The translations under genes and the position numbers were made by a program. The notes beneath the pieces were generated by a model. The model was given only the letters and a program-made list of their open reading frames with translations. It did not search any database and had not been told where the DNA came from. From an uncultured Streptococcus sp. (GTDB lineage: Bacteria; Bacillota; Bacilli; Lactobacillales; Streptococcaceae), in assembly GCA_963528105.1 (NCBI GenBank), contig CAURUY010000004.1, positions 6,331 through 70,330 of the forward strand: a DNA stretch of 64,000 nt, in the 5' to 3' direction. Each line of letters opens with the position of its first letter. Position 1 is the first letter of the stretch. This document shows, in pieces, positions 25,329-36,295 of this stretch.

Positions 25329-28013
25329 TTGTCAAAAGAACAAAATAAAGACTTGTTTTACACACAAGCCTCAGAAGAAGTCCTAAAGAACTTGGACTCA
25401 TCGATCGAAGGCTTGTCAAGTATGCAAGCTCAAGAACGCTTGGCGACTTATGGCCACAATGAACTGGATGAAGGTGAAAAACGTAGTATCCTGTCTAAGT
25501 TTATTGACCAGTTTAAAGATTTGATGATTATCATCTTACTAGCAGCAGCGGCACTTTCTGTGATTACAGAAGGAATGGACGGTCTAACGGATGCCATTAT
25601 CATCTTGGCTGTTGTAGTCTTGAATGCTGCCTTTGGGGTTTACCAAGAAGGGCAAGCAGAAGCAGCCATTGAAGCTCTGAAAAATATGTCTAGCCCGATG
25701 GCCCGTGTTCGTCGGGATGGCCATGTTATTGAGATTGACTCAAAAGAATTGGTACCTGGAGATATCGTCTTGCTTGAAGCGGGAGATGTAGTGCCTGCTG
25801 ATATGCGTTTGCTTGAAGCGGCGTCTCTTAAAATAGAAGAAGCAGCTCTTACAGGGGAGTCTGTGCCAGTTGAAAAAGATGTAACAGGACTTGTTGAAGC
25901 TGATGCAGGTATCGGGGATCGTGTTAACATGGGTTACCAAAACTCAAACGTAACATACGGTCGTGGTATTGGTGTCGTGACCAACACTGGTATGTACACA
26001 GAAGTTGGTAAGATTGCGGATATGTTGGCTAATGCTGACGAGACAGAGACACCATTGAAGCAAAGCTTGGAACAATTATCTAAGGCCTTGACTTACTTGA
26101 TTGTTGTGATTGCCGTTATTACTTTCTTGGTTGGTGTCTTCGTTCGTGGCGAACATCCATTAGAAGGTTTGATGGTTGCAGTTGCTCTTGCGGTTGCTGC
26201 GATTCCAGAAGGTCTCCCTGCCATTGTTACTATCGTTCTATCTTTGGGAACTACAACTCTTGCTAAACGTAATTCGATTGTTCGTAAATTGCCAGCGGTT
26301 GAAACTCTTGGTTCAACAGAAATCATCGCATCTGATAAAACAGGTACTTTGACCATGAACCAAATGACGGTTGAAAAAGTTTATACCAACGGTCAATTGC
26401 AAAGCTCGGCATCTGAGATTGCTGCTAGCAATAATACCCTCCGTATCATGAACTTTGCCAACGATACCAAAGTGGATCCATCTGGCAAGTTGATTGGAGA
26501 CCCAACAGAAACTGCCCTTGTACAGTTTGGCTTGGACCACAATTTTGACGTTCGTGAAGTCTTGAAGGATGAGCCACGTGTGGCTGAATTGCCATTTGAC
26601 TCAGACCGTAAGCTTATGTCGACTATCCATAAGGAAGCAGACGGTTCTTACTTTATCGCTGTCAAGGGTGCGCCTGATCAATTGTTCAAACGTGTGACGC
26701 GTATTGAAGTCAATGGGCAAGTTCGCCCTATCACGGATGAAGATAAGAAAGCTATCCTTGCTACCAACAAAGATTTGGCTAAACAAGCCCTTCGTGTCTT
26801 GATGATGGCTTACAAGACAAGTAACGAAATTCCAAACTTGGAATCTGAAATTGTTGAGTCTGACCTTATCTTCTCTGGTTTGGTCGGAATGATTGACCCT
26901 GAGCGCCCAGAAGCTGCAGAAGCTGTTCGTGTCGCTAAAGAAGCAGGTATCCGTCCAATCATGATTACGGGTGACCACCAAGATACAGCAGAAGCTATTG
27001 CTAAACGTCTTGGTATTATCGATCCAAATGACACAGAAAACCATGTCTTTACGGGTGCTGAGTTGAATGAACTAACGGATGAAGAATTCCAAAAAGTCTT
27101 TAAGCAATACTCAGTTTATGCGCGTGTATCACCTGAACACAAGGTTCGGATTGTCAAAGCATGGCAAAATGAAGGTAAAGTTGTTGCCATGACTGGTGAT
27201 GGGGTTAACGATGCACCATCACTTAAGACAGCTGATATCGGTATTGGTATGGGAATTACAGGTACAGAGGTTTCTAAGGGTGCTTCTGATATGGTCCTTG
27301 CTGATGATAACTTTGCAACCATTATCGTAGCGGTAGAAGAAGGACGTAAGGTCTTCTCCAATATCCAAAAATCCATTCAATATCTCTTGTCTGCCAATAT
27401 GGCTGAAGTCTTCACCATCTTCTTTGCGACTCTCTTTGGTTGGGATGTATTGCAACCAGTACATCTTCTCTGGATCAACTTGGTAACAGATACGCTACCA
27501 GCCATAGCTCTTGGTGTGGAGCCAGCTGAACCAGGTGTCATGACCCACAAACCTCGTGGACGTAAATCTAACTTCTTTGATGGAGGTGTCTTCGGTGCCA
27601 TTTTGTATCAAGGTGTCTTCCAAACTCTACTCGTTCTTGGTGTTTATGGTTGGGCCTTGTTATGGCCAGAGCATGCTATACGTGCGGAAATCCATGCGGA
27701 TGCACTGACCATGGCCTTTGCTACTCTTGGTTTGATCCAATTGCTCCATGCCTTTAACGTCAAGTCGGTTTACCAATCCATCTTTAAAGTGGGTCTCTTC
27801 AAGAACAAAACCTTTAACTGGTCCATTCCACTCGCCTTCGTTCTTTTAATGGCAACAATTGTTGTTCCTGGATTTAATAAACTCTTCCATGTCTCTCATT
27901 TGAGTTTGACCCAATGGTTAGCTGTTTTAACAGGATCCTTCTTGATTGTTGTCCTTGTCGAGATTGTGAAAGCTATTCAGCGCGCACTTGGAAGAGATAA
28001 AAATGCCATTTAA
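25329..28013 (+). CDS. mgtA: P-type II cation-transporting ATPase (MgtA/CaxP-like)
   Basis: LTGES, AIPEGL, DKTGTLT, KGAPD, TGDGVNDAP; TTG start after AGGAGG. Confidence 0.9.
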   Translation: MSKEQNKDLFYTQASEEVLKNLDSSIEGLSSMQAQERLATYGHNELDEGEKRSILSKFIDQFKDLMIIILLAAAALSVITEGMDGLTDAIIILAVVVLNAAFGVYQEGQAEAAIEALKNMSSPMARVRRDGHVIEIDSKELVPGDIVLLEAGDVVPADMRLLEAASLKIEEAALTGESVPVEKDVTGLVEADAGIGDRVNMGYQNSNVTYGRGIGVVTNTGMYTEVGKIADMLANADETETPLKQSLEQLSKALTYLIVVIAVITFLVGVFVRGEHPLEGLMVAVALAVAAIPEGLPAIVTIVLSLGTTTLAKRNSIVRKLPAVETLGSTEIIASDKTGTLTMNQMTVEKVYTNGQLQSSASEIAASNNTLRIMNFANDTKVDPSGKLIGDPTETALVQFGLDHNFDVREVLKDEPRVAELPFDSDRKLMSTIHKEADGSYFIAVKGAPDQLFKRVTRIEVNGQVRPITDEDKKAILATNKDLAKQALRVLMMAYKTSNEIPNLESEIVESDLIFSGLVGMIDPERPEAAEAVRVAKEAGIRPIMITGDHQDTAEAIAKRLGIIDPNDTENHVFTGAELNELTDEEFQKVFKQYSVYARVSPEHKVRIVKAWQNEGKVVAMTGDGVNDAPSLKTADIGIGMGITGTEVSKGASDMVLADDNFATIIVAVEEGRKVFSNIQKSIQYLLSANMAEVFTIFFATLFGWDVLQPVHLLWINLVTDTLPAIALGVEPAEPGVMTHKPRGRKSNFFDGGVFGAILYQGVFQTLLVLGVYGWALLWPEHAIRAEIHADALTMAFATLGLIQLLHAFNVKSVYQSIFKVGLFKNKTFNWSIPLAFVLLMATIVVPGFNKLFHVSHLSLTQWLAVLTGSFLIVVLVEIVKAIQRALGRDKNAI

Positions 28014-28017
28014 GCAG

Positions 28018-28049
28018 AAAAAAGTCATCTTCGGATGGCTTTTTTGCTT
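28018..28049 (+). terminator. Terminator after mgtA
   Basis: AAAGTCATC-TTCG-GATGGCTTT plus T run. Confidence 0.75.
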
Positions 28050-28117
28050 TTATATATGGTAAACAGAGATAGATTTTATGCTATAATCAAGTTGAGAAAA
28101 AGATGGAGGAAAGAGTC

Positions 28118-28528
28118 TTGAAAAAGAAAATTGTAACAGATATTTTATTTCTATCGCAGGTATCCCGACTTGCTAGTCAGGAGGATTTACCTCTAGCAAA
28201 GGACTTACAGGATACCCTACAGGCCAATAAAGAGACCTGTGTCGGCCTAGCAGCTAATATGATTGGGGTGCAAAAGCGCGTGATTATCTTTAATCTTGGA
28301 ATGATTCCCGTGGTTATGTTTAATCCAGTTCTCAAATCTTTTGAAAATCCATATGAGACGGAAGAGGGTTGTTTGTCTCTGACAGGTATGAGACAAACAA
28401 GGAGATATGAGAAAATTACCGTATCCTACAGAGATATCCATTGGCAAGAACAGACCATTACCTTGACAGGATTTCCGGCTCAGATTTGTCAGCATGAATT
28501 GGATCATTTGGAGGGGATTATCATTTAA
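28118..28528 (+). CDS. def: Peptide deformylase (short paralogue)
   Basis: GLAANMIG, EGCLS and HELDH motifs; TTG start after GGAGG. Confidence 0.85.
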   Translation: MKKKIVTDILFLSQVSRLASQEDLPLAKDLQDTLQANKETCVGLAANMIGVQKRVIIFNLGMIPVVMFNPVLKSFENPYETEEGCLSLTGMRQTRRYEKITVSYRDIHWQEQTITLTGFPAQICQHELDHLEGIII

Positions 28529-28573
28529 GCTTAAATCCTTGGTAGTCCAAAAAAAATATGCTACACTAACACT

Positions 28574-29296
28574 ATGAAAATTCTAATCCCAACTGCAAAA
28601 GAAATGAACACTGAAATCCCTAGTTTAGAAGCAAAACCCTTGCGTCCTAAAAGTCACGCTATTCTGGAGGAGTTAGCAACATACTCTGTCCAAGAGCTAG
28701 AGAACTTTTACAAAATTTCCGCCGAAAAAGCGCAAGAGGAGTATGAACGCATCCAGACCTTGAAAAATGGGACTGCAAAATCTTATTCAGCCTTGCAACT
28801 CTTTGATGGGCTCATGTATCGTAACATCAAACGAAAAAACCTAAGCAAGGCAGAGCAGACCTATCTAGAGGAACACCTCCTAATTACGTCTGCTTTTTAT
28901 GGAGTAATTCCAGCCTTTGAACCGATTGCGCCTCACCGACTGGACTTTTTAATGAAGTTGAAGGTGGATGGTAAAAGTTTAAAAACACATTGGCAAACTG
29001 CATACAGTGAAGCTTTGGAAGGTGAAAATCTCATTTTTTCACTGTTGTCCTCAGAGTTTGAGACTGTATTTCCAAAAGAAATCCGTGAAAAAATGGTGAC
29101 CTTCAAGTTTATGGAAGAAAGAGATGGAAAACTAAAAATCCACTCTACCATTTCAAAGAAAGCTAGAGGGGCCTTCTTAACAGCTTTGATGGAACATCAA
29201 GTGACTTCAGTTGAAGAAATTAAAAATCTTAGCTTTTCGGGATTTAACTATCAGAGGGATTTGTCTACCCAAAATGAGTATATTTTTGTCAAATAA
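28574..29296 (+). CDS. yaaA: Peroxide stress protein YaaA (DUF328)
   Basis: ILIPTAKEM, FDGLMY, HRLDF, SKKARG. Confidence 0.85.
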   Translation: MKILIPTAKEMNTEIPSLEAKPLRPKSHAILEELATYSVQELENFYKISAEKAQEEYERIQTLKNGTAKSYSALQLFDGLMYRNIKRKNLSKAEQTYLEEHLLITSAFYGVIPAFEPIAPHRLDFLMKLKVDGKSLKTHWQTAYSEALEGENLIFSLLSSEFETVFPKEIREKMVTFKFMEERDGKLKIHSTISKKARGAFLTALMEHQVTSVEEIKNLSFSGFNYQRDLSTQNEYIFVK

Positions 29297-29373
29297 GAAA
29301 GGTGAAAGCTTGCGATGATACTACTAATCGTAAGCTTTTTTGTTTGCGAAGTCTTTTCGGTAGGAGTGGTAGG

Positions 29374-29398
29374 AATTTTCACAAAATTCTGGTATAAT
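29374..29398 (+). promoter_or_regulatory. CodY-box-like site adjacent to the extended -10 promoter of hom-thrB
   Basis: AATTTTCACAAAATT (one mismatch to AATTTTCWGAAAATT) followed by TGgTATAAT. Confidence 0.65.
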
Positions 29399-29429
29399 GT
29401 TTTTATTATAAAATTTCAAGGAGACACAG

Positions 29430-30716
29430 ATGTCAGTTAAGATTGCATTACTTGGATTTGGTACAGTTGCGAGTGGTGTTCCTTTCCTTCTCAAGGAAAA
29501 TGGAGAAAAAATAACCCAATCAGGTCGTTCAGAGATTGAAGTAGCAAAGGTTTTAGTTAAGGACGAGGAAGAAAAAAATCGTTTACTTGCTGCTGGAAAT
29601 GATTTTCATTTTGTAACAAATATTGACGAAATCTTGTCAGACAAAGATATTACAATTGTTGTTGAATTGATGGGACGTATCGAGCCAGCGAAAACCTTCA
29701 TGACACGTGCTTTAGAGGCAGGAAAACATGTCGTTACTGCCAATAAAGATCTTTTAGCGATGCATGGAACTGAATTGTTAGAGATTGCTAAGAAAAATCA
29801 TGTTGCTCTTTATTATGAGGCAGCAGTTGCAGGAGGAATTCCAATCCTTCGTACATTAGCGAATTCCCTAGCTTCTGATAAAATTACGCGTGTCCTTGGT
29901 GTTGTCAACGGTACTTCCAACTTTATGATGACCAAAATGGTAGAAGAAGGCTGGTCTTACGAAGATGCGCTTGCTGAAGCTCAACGTCTTGGATTTGCTG
30001 AAAGTAACCCAACCAATGACGTTGACGGGATTGATGCGGCTTATAAGATGGTCATTTTGAGCCAGTTCGCTTTTGGGATGAATGTCAAGTTTGAAGATGT
30101 TAGTCATCAAGGAATTCGCAATATCACTCCAGAAGATGTAGCAGTTGCCCAAGACCTTGGTTATGTAGTCAAACTGGTTGGCTCAATCGAGGAAACACCT
30201 TCTGGAATTGCTGCTGAGGTGACACCAACTTTCCTTCCGAAAGCTCATCCACTAGCAAGTGTTAATGGTGTTATGAATGCCGTCTTTGTGGAGTCTATCG
30301 GTATCGGTGAGTCTATGTATTATGGACCAGGTGCAGGTCAAAAACCAACTGCAACCAGTGTCGTAGCCGATATTGTGCGTATTGTTCGTCGTTTGAATGA
30401 TGGTACGATTGGAAAAGACTTTAATGAATACAGCCGTCCAGTAGTTTTGGCTCAGCCAGAAGATGTCAAAGCTAACTATTATTTCTCAATTTTGGCTCCT
30501 GATTCTAAAGGCCAAATCTTGAAATTGGCTGAGATTTTTAATGCAGAAGATATTTCCTTCAAACAAATCCTACAAGATGGGAAACAAGAAGGCAAGGCTC
30601 GTGTCGTTATCATCACTCATAAAATCAACAAGGCACAGCTTGAAAATATTACAGCAGCTTTGAAGGCCTTGGCTGAGTTTGAACTTCTCAATACCTTCAA
30701 GGTTTTAGGAGACTAA
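29430..30716 (+). CDS. hom: Homoserine dehydrogenase
   Basis: [29 protein letters not shown] and C-terminal ACT domain. Confidence 0.96.
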   Translation: MSVKIALLGFGTVASGVPFLLKENGEKITQSGRSEIEVAKVLVKDEEEKNRLLAAGNDFHFVTNIDEILSDKDITIVVELMGRIEPAKTFMTRALEAGKHVVTANKDLLAMHGTELLEIAKKNHVALYYEAAVAGGIPILRTLANSLASDKITRVLGVVNGTSNFMMTKMVEEGWSYEDALAEAQRLGFAESNPTNDVDGIDAAYKMVILSQFAFGMNVKFEDVSHQGIRNITPEDVAVAQDLGYVVKLVGSIEETPSGIAAEVTPTFLPKAHPLASVNGVMNAVFVESIGIGESMYYGPGAGQKPTATSVVADIVRIVRRLNDGTIGKDFNEYSRPVVLAQPEDVKANYYFSILAPDSKGQILKLAEIFNAEDISFKQILQDGKQEGKARVVIITHKINKAQLENITAALKALAEFELLNTFKVLGD

Positions 30717-30717
30717 G

Positions 30718-31587
30718 ATGAAGATTATTGTACCTGCTACAAGTGCCAATGTGGGTCCAGGTTTTGACTCGGTTGGTGTAGCTGTAACTAAATATCTAGA
30801 AATTCAGGTTTGTGAAGAACGTGAAGAATGGATGATAGAACATCAACTAGGCAAATGGATTCCACGTGATGAACGTAATCTTTTGCTGAAGATTGCTCTG
30901 CAAATTGCTCCAGACCTCCAACCTAGACGTCTGAAGATGGTCAGTGATATTCCTCTTGCGCGTGGACTAGGTTCATCGAGCTCTGTCATCGTTGCAGGGA
31001 TTGAACTGGCAAATCAACTCGGAAACTTGAAGCTAAGCAAGCATGAAAAATTACAATTGGCGACTAAGATTGAAGGGCATCCTGATAATGTTGCACCAGC
31101 TATCTATGGAAACCTCGTCATTGCTAGTTCGGTAGAAGATCAGGTTTCAGCAGTTGTAGCGCCTTTTCCAGAGTGTGCCTTTCTAGCTTATATTCCAAAC
31201 TATGAATTGCGCACTAGAGATAGCCGTGGTGTCTTGCCCAAGAAACTTTCTTATAAGGAAGCTGTTGCAGCAAGTTCTATCGCCAATATAGCCATTGCAG
31301 CCCTATTGACAGGAGATATGGTCAAAGCTGGTCAAGCTATTGAGAGTGACCTCTTCCACGAGCGTTACCGTCAAGAATTGGTACGAGAATTTGCGACGAT
31401 TAAAAAAGTTGCCAAGAAAAATGGCGCTTATGCGACTTACTTGTCCGGTGCTGGTCCAACTGTCATGGTTCTTGCTGAGCCTGACAAGATGCCTAAGATT
31501 AAGGCTGAGCTTGGAAAACAACCGTTCAAAGGTAAGCTTCACGACTTGGAAGTAGATACACAAGGCGTTCGCGTCGAAGAAAAATAA
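30718..31587 (+). CDS. thrB: Homoserine kinase
   Basis: [34 protein letters not shown]. Confidence 0.97.
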   Translation: MKIIVPATSANVGPGFDSVGVAVTKYLEIQVCEEREEWMIEHQLGKWIPRDERNLLLKIALQIAPDLQPRRLKMVSDIPLARGLGSSSSVIVAGIELANQLGNLKLSKHEKLQLATKIEGHPDNVAPAIYGNLVIASSVEDQVSAVVAPFPECAFLAYIPNYELRTRDSRGVLPKKLSYKEAVAASSIANIAIAALLTGDMVKAGQAIESDLFHERYRQELVREFATIKKVAKKNGAYATYLSGAGPTVMVLAEPDKMPKIKAELGKQPFKGKLHDLEVDTQGVRVEEK

Positions 31588-31709
31588 AGATAGCGATAGG
31601 ATGGGGAAACTCTTTAAGAGGGCTTCCTATCCTTTTTTTGAAAATGAAACGTGGGATATGAAATGTTTCCCGTGTTTAGCGACCGATAGACGGTCAAGGA
31701 GGATTTGAA

Positions 31710-32648
31710 ATGGCAGAAATATATCTAGCAGGTGGCTGCTTTTGGGGCTTAGAAGAATACTTTTCACGTATTTCTGGAGTACTTGAAACGACTGTTGGTT
31801 ACGCTAATGGTCAGGTAGAAACTACCAATTATCAATTAATCAAAGAAACAGATCACGCTGAGACTGTGCAAGTTATCTATGATGAAAAGATAGTGTCGCT
31901 CCGTGAGATCTTGCTCTATTATTTCCGAGTCATTGATCCACTGTCTATCAATCAACAAGGAAATGACCGTGGTCGTCAATATCGTACAGGGATTTATTAT
32001 CAAGACGAAGAGGATTTGCCAACTATCTATGCAGTCGTTCAAGAGCAGGAGCGTATGCTTGGACGCAAGATAGCAGTAGAAGTGGAGAAACTTCGTCACT
32101 ATATCCTAGCTGAGGACTATCACCAAGACTACCTCAAGAAAAATCCTGGTGGCTATTGCCATATCGATGTGAGAGATGCAGAGAAACCCTTGATTGATGC
32201 GGCTAACTATGAAAAACCTAGTCAGGCAGTTTTACGAGAAAATTTGTCAGAAGAATCCTACCGAGTTACCCAAGAAGCTGCGACGGAAGCTCCCTTTAGC
32301 AATGCTTACGACCAAACTTTTGAGGAAGGAATTTATGTCGATATCACGACTGGTGAGCCCCTCTTCTTTGCCAAGGATAAGTTTGCCTCAGGCTGTGGTT
32401 GGCCAAGTTTTAGTAGACCGATTTCTAAAGAGCTTATCCATTACTACCAGGACTTGAGTCATGGTATGGAGCGAATCGAAGTCCGGTCACGTTCGGGTAA
32501 TGCCCACTTGGGACATGTCTTTACAGACGGACCTCAGGAACTGGGTGGATTGCGTTATTGTATCAATTCTGCTTCTTTACGATTCATTGCTAAGGATGAA
32601 ATGGAAGAGGCTGGCTATGGCTACCTACTTCCATATTTGAACAAATAA
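31710..32648 (+). CDS. msrAB: Peptide methionine sulfoxide reductase MsrA/MsrB fusion
   Basis: GGCFWG (MsrA); GCGWPSF and RYCINS (MsrB). Confidence 0.96.
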   Translation: MAEIYLAGGCFWGLEEYFSRISGVLETTVGYANGQVETTNYQLIKETDHAETVQVIYDEKIVSLREILLYYFRVIDPLSINQQGNDRGRQYRTGIYYQDEEDLPTIYAVVQEQERMLGRKIAVEVEKLRHYILAEDYHQDYLKKNPGGYCHIDVRDAEKPLIDAANYEKPSQAVLRENLSEESYRVTQEAATEAPFSNAYDQTFEEGIYVDITTGEPLFFAKDKFASGCGWPSFSRPISKELIHYYQDLSHGMERIEVRSRSGNAHLGHVFTDGPQELGGLRYCINSASLRFIAKDEMEEAGYGYLLPYLNK

Positions 32649-32699
32649 AAAAAGATGGTGGTTTTTCCACCTTCTTCATTTTGAAAATAGAAGGGACGT

Positions 32700-34424
32700 A
32701 TGAAACAATTACTTTCTTACTTTAAACCCTACCTCAAGGAGTCATTTCTAGCGCCCTTGTTTAAGCTACTAGAAGCCATTTTTGAACTCTTAGTTCCTAT
32801 GATTATAGCTGGAATTGTAGACCAATCCATCCCTCAAAAAGATCAAGGACATCTGTGGCTGCAAATAGGTCTCCTCTTTGTTTTTGCAGTTATTGGCGTT
32901 TTGGTAGCTTTAGTGGCTCAGTTTTACTCAGCCAAGGCAGCAGTAGGATTTGCCAAGGAGTTGACCAATGACCTCTATCGTCATATTCTTTCCTTGCCCA
33001 AGGATAGTAGAGACCGTTTGACGACCTCGAGTTTGGTGACGCGTTTGACTTCAGATACCTATCAGATTCAAACGGGAGTCAATCAATTCTTACGCCTATT
33101 TTTAAGGGCGCCTATTATTGTTTTTGGTGCCATTTTTATGGCTTATCGTCTCTCTCCTGAATTGACCTTCTGGTTTTTGGCTATGGTTGCCATTTTGACC
33201 CTTGTCATTGTCGTTCTGTCACGTTTGATCAATCCTCTCTATAGTATTTTGAGAAAGAAAACAGACCAGCTGGTTCAGGAAATACGCCAACAGATACAAG
33301 GGATGCGTGTAATTCGTGCCTTTGGCCGAGAAAAACGAGAAATCGAGAACTTCCAAGTACTTAATCAAGTCTATACGGCTATCCAAATGAAAACAGGCTA
33401 CTGGTCCAGTCTCTTGACACCCTTGACCTATTTGATTGTCAACGGAACTTTGCTTGTGATTATCTGGAATGGTTATCTTTCTATCCAGGGAGGCTGGCTC
33501 AGTCAGGGAGCCTTGATTGCCCTGATTAATTATCTTTTACAAATTTTGGTAGAGTTGATCAAACTGGCCATGCTCATCAATTCACTCAACCAGTCCTATA
33601 TATCTGCCAAGCGGATTGAGGAAGTCTTTGCAGAAAAGCCTGAAGATATACTGGCAGAAATTGCCCCAAAAGAAACCTCCTCGAACCAGTCCTTACGAGT
33701 TGAACACTTGAGCTTTACCTACCCAGATGCTGCTCAACCATCCTTGCGAAATCTTTCTTTTGCTATGCAACAAGGACAAATTCTTGGAATCATTGGGGGA
33801 ACTGGTTCTGGTAAGTCAAGTTTGGTACAGGTCCTTCTCGGTTTGTACCAACCAGATAGTGGTAGTATAGCCCTATCCCAGGCTGGGAACAGTCCTCAAA
33901 ATCTAGCCCAATGGCGGTCCTGGATGGCTTATGTTCCTCAAAAGGTTGAACTCTTTAAGGGAACCATTCGTTCTAACTTGACTCTGGGTATGGAAGAAAC
34001 AGTCTCCGACCAAGAACTCTGGCAGGCCTTAGAAATTGCCCAGGCCAAGGATTTTATTAGTGACAAGGAAGGTCAGCTGGACGCAGAGGTTCAAGCAGGT
34101 GGTCGTAATTTCTCAGGTGGGCAAAAGCAACGTTTATCGATTGCCCGGGCAGTCTTGCGTCGAGCACCATTCCTCATCTTGGATGATGCTACTTCGGCTC
34201 TTGATACCATAACTGAGTCCAATCTTCTGAAGGCTGTTCAAGATAACCTACCAAACACCAGCTTGATCTTGATTTCCCAACGAACTTCAACCTTGAAGAT
34301 TGCTGATCAAATTCTCCTTTTAGAGAAAGGGGAGCAATTAGCACTTGGAAATCATGAGGAATTGATGAAGACTAGCCAAATCTATCGTGAAATCAATGTA
34401 TCCCAACATGGAAAGGAGGACTAG
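32700..34424 (+). CDS. ABC exporter TMD-NBD subunit with degenerate catalytic residues
   Basis: TMD, GGTGSGKS, FSGGQ; Walker B LDD and Q in place of the H-switch. Confidence 0.9.
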   Translation: MKQLLSYFKPYLKESFLAPLFKLLEAIFELLVPMIIAGIVDQSIPQKDQGHLWLQIGLLFVFAVIGVLVALVAQFYSAKAAVGFAKELTNDLYRHILSLPKDSRDRLTTSSLVTRLTSDTYQIQTGVNQFLRLFLRAPIIVFGAIFMAYRLSPELTFWFLAMVAILTLVIVVLSRLINPLYSILRKKTDQLVQEIRQQIQGMRVIRAFGREKREIENFQVLNQVYTAIQMKTGYWSSLLTPLTYLIVNGTLLVIIWNGYLSIQGGWLSQGALIALINYLLQILVELIKLAMLINSLNQSYISAKRIEEVFAEKPEDILAEIAPKETSSNQSLRVEHLSFTYPDAAQPSLRNLSFAMQQGQILGIIGGTGSGKSSLVQVLLGLYQPDSGSIALSQAGNSPQNLAQWRSWMAYVPQKVELFKGTIRSNLTLGMEETVSDQELWQALEIAQAKDFISDKEGQLDAEVQAGGRNFSGGQKQRLSIARAVLRRAPFLILDDATSALDTITESNLLKAVQDNLPNTSLILISQRTSTLKIADQILLLEKGEQLALGNHEELMKTSQIYREINVSQHGKED

Positions 34425-34425
34425 A

Positions 34426-36174
34426 ATGAAAGGCAAACATGCAAGCCAAGCCTTCAAACAATTAGCAAAAGATTTAGCTGGTCATCCCGTCCTTCTTTTC
34501 CTAGCTTTCTTGGGAACCATTGCCCAGGTGGCTCTATCAATCTATCTGCCAATCTTGATTGGGCAGGTGATTGACCAAGTCCTAGTAACGGACTCATCTC
34601 AGGTATTTTGGCAGATTTTCCTCCAGATGGTTTTAGTGGTGATAGGAAATACTTTGGTACAATGGGCCAATCCCCTCCTATATAATCGCCTCATCTTTTC
34701 CTATACCAGAGATTTACGTGAAAAAATCATTGAAAAGCTCCATCGTCTTCCGATTGCCCTGGTAGATAGACAAGGTAGTGGGGAAATGGTCAGCCGTGTA
34801 ACGACAGATATCGAACAGTTGGCAGCGGGGCTGAACATGATTTTTAATCAATTTTTCATAGGAGTTTTGATGATTTTGGTTAGTATTCTTGCCATGCTCC
34901 AAATCCATCTCTTGATGACTCTCTTGGTTCTACTCTTAACCCCTCTGTCTATGGTCATTTCACGCTTTATCGCTAAGAAATCCTACCATCTCTTTCAAAA
35001 GCAGACAGAGACTAGGGGGATTCAGACTCAGTTGATAGAAGAATCGCTCACCCAACAGAACATTATCCAGTCTTTTAATGCCCAGGAAGAATTTATCGAG
35101 AGACTTCATGAGGCAAATAATAACTACGCAGGTTATTCTCAGTCAGCCATATTTTACTCATCGACGGTCAATCCTTCCACCCGATTTGTCAATTCTCTTA
35201 TTTATGCCCTACTTGCTGGTGTTGGAGCCTTGCGCATCATGGCAGGTTCTACTTTGACGATTGGTCGATTGGTAACCTTCTTGAACTATGTGCAGCAGTA
35301 CACCAAACCTTTTAACGATATTTCATCAGTCTTAGCCGAGTTGCAAAGCGCCTTAGCTTGTGCAGAACGTGTTTATACGGTTTTAGAAAGCCCTGAGATT
35401 ACAGAAACTGGTCTTAAAGAATTGAACAGCGACCAAGTCAAGGGAGCTATTTCCTTTAAGCATGTTTCTTTTGGGTACAATCCTGAAAAGATGCTGATTA
35501 AGGATCTGTCTATTGATATCCCAGCTGGTAGTAAGGTTGCTATCGTTGGACCAACGGGTGCTGGGAAGTCTACCCTTATCAATCTCCTCATGCGTTTTTA
35601 CCCGATTAACTCAGGAGCTATTTTGCTAGACGGTCATTCTATTTACGACTATACTAGAGCCTCTCTTCGACAGCAGTTTGGGATGGTGCTCCAAGAAACT
35701 TGGCTCAAGCAGGGAACTATTCATGACAATATTGCCTTTGGCAATCCTGATGCTAGCCGAGACCAGGTCATTGCAGCAGCCAAGGTAGCAAATGCGGATT
35801 TCTTTATCCAACAATTGCCACAGGGATATGATACCAAGCTTGAAAATGCAGGGGAATCCTTGTCTGTTGGTCAAGCTCAGCTTTTGACCATCGCCCGCGT
35901 CTTTCTAGCTATTCCTAAGATTCTGATCTTAGACGAGGCAACTTCATCCATCGATACCCGGACAGAGGTCTTGGTTCAGGATGCCCTTGCCAAACTCATG
36001 AAGGGACGGACAAGCTTTATCATTGCCCACCGTTTATCGACCATTCAAGATGCTGATTTGATTCTTGTCTTGGTCGATGGAGATATTGTCGAGCACGGCA
36101 ATCATCAGGAACTCATGACGAGAAAAGGCAAATACTATCAAATGCAGCAAGCAGCAGCTTTTAGCCCAGAATAA
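34426..36174 (+). CDS. ABC exporter TMD-NBD subunit (heterodimer partner)
   Basis: GPTGAGKS, degenerate signature LSVGQ, LDEAT, AHRL; ATG 34426 after GGAGG. Confidence 0.9.
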   Translation: MKGKHASQAFKQLAKDLAGHPVLLFLAFLGTIAQVALSIYLPILIGQVIDQVLVTDSSQVFWQIFLQMVLVVIGNTLVQWANPLLYNRLIFSYTRDLREKIIEKLHRLPIALVDRQGSGEMVSRVTTDIEQLAAGLNMIFNQFFIGVLMILVSILAMLQIHLLMTLLVLLLTPLSMVISRFIAKKSYHLFQKQTETRGIQTQLIEESLTQQNIIQSFNAQEEFIERLHEANNNYAGYSQSAIFYSSTVNPSTRFVNSLIYALLAGVGALRIMAGSTLTIGRLVTFLNYVQQYTKPFNDISSVLAELQSALACAERVYTVLESPEITETGLKELNSDQVKGAISFKHVSFGYNPEKMLIKDLSIDIPAGSKVAIVGPTGAGKSTLINLLMRFYPINSGAILLDGHSIYDYTRASLRQQFGMVLQETWLKQGTIHDNIAFGNPDASRDQVIAAAKVANADFFIQQLPQGYDTKLENAGESLSVGQAQLLTIARVFLAIPKILILDEATSSIDTRTEVLVQDALAKLMKGRTSFIIAHRLSTIQDADLILVLVDGDIVEHGNHQELMTRKGKYYQMQQAAAFSPE

Positions 36175-36210
36175 ATGGGAAAGCCGTTATAATGCTAATG
36201 AACAAATAAG

Positions 36211-36236
36211 AAAAGTTGCCTTCGGGTGACTTTTTT
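36211..36236 (+). terminator. Terminator after the ABC pair
   Basis: AAAAGTTGCC-TTCG-GGTGACTTTT plus T run. Confidence 0.7.
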
Positions 36237-36295
36237 GTTACAATAGCTAGAAAAATTATCCAGTATGAATACTTATATAGAAAAGGAGCCTAGGG

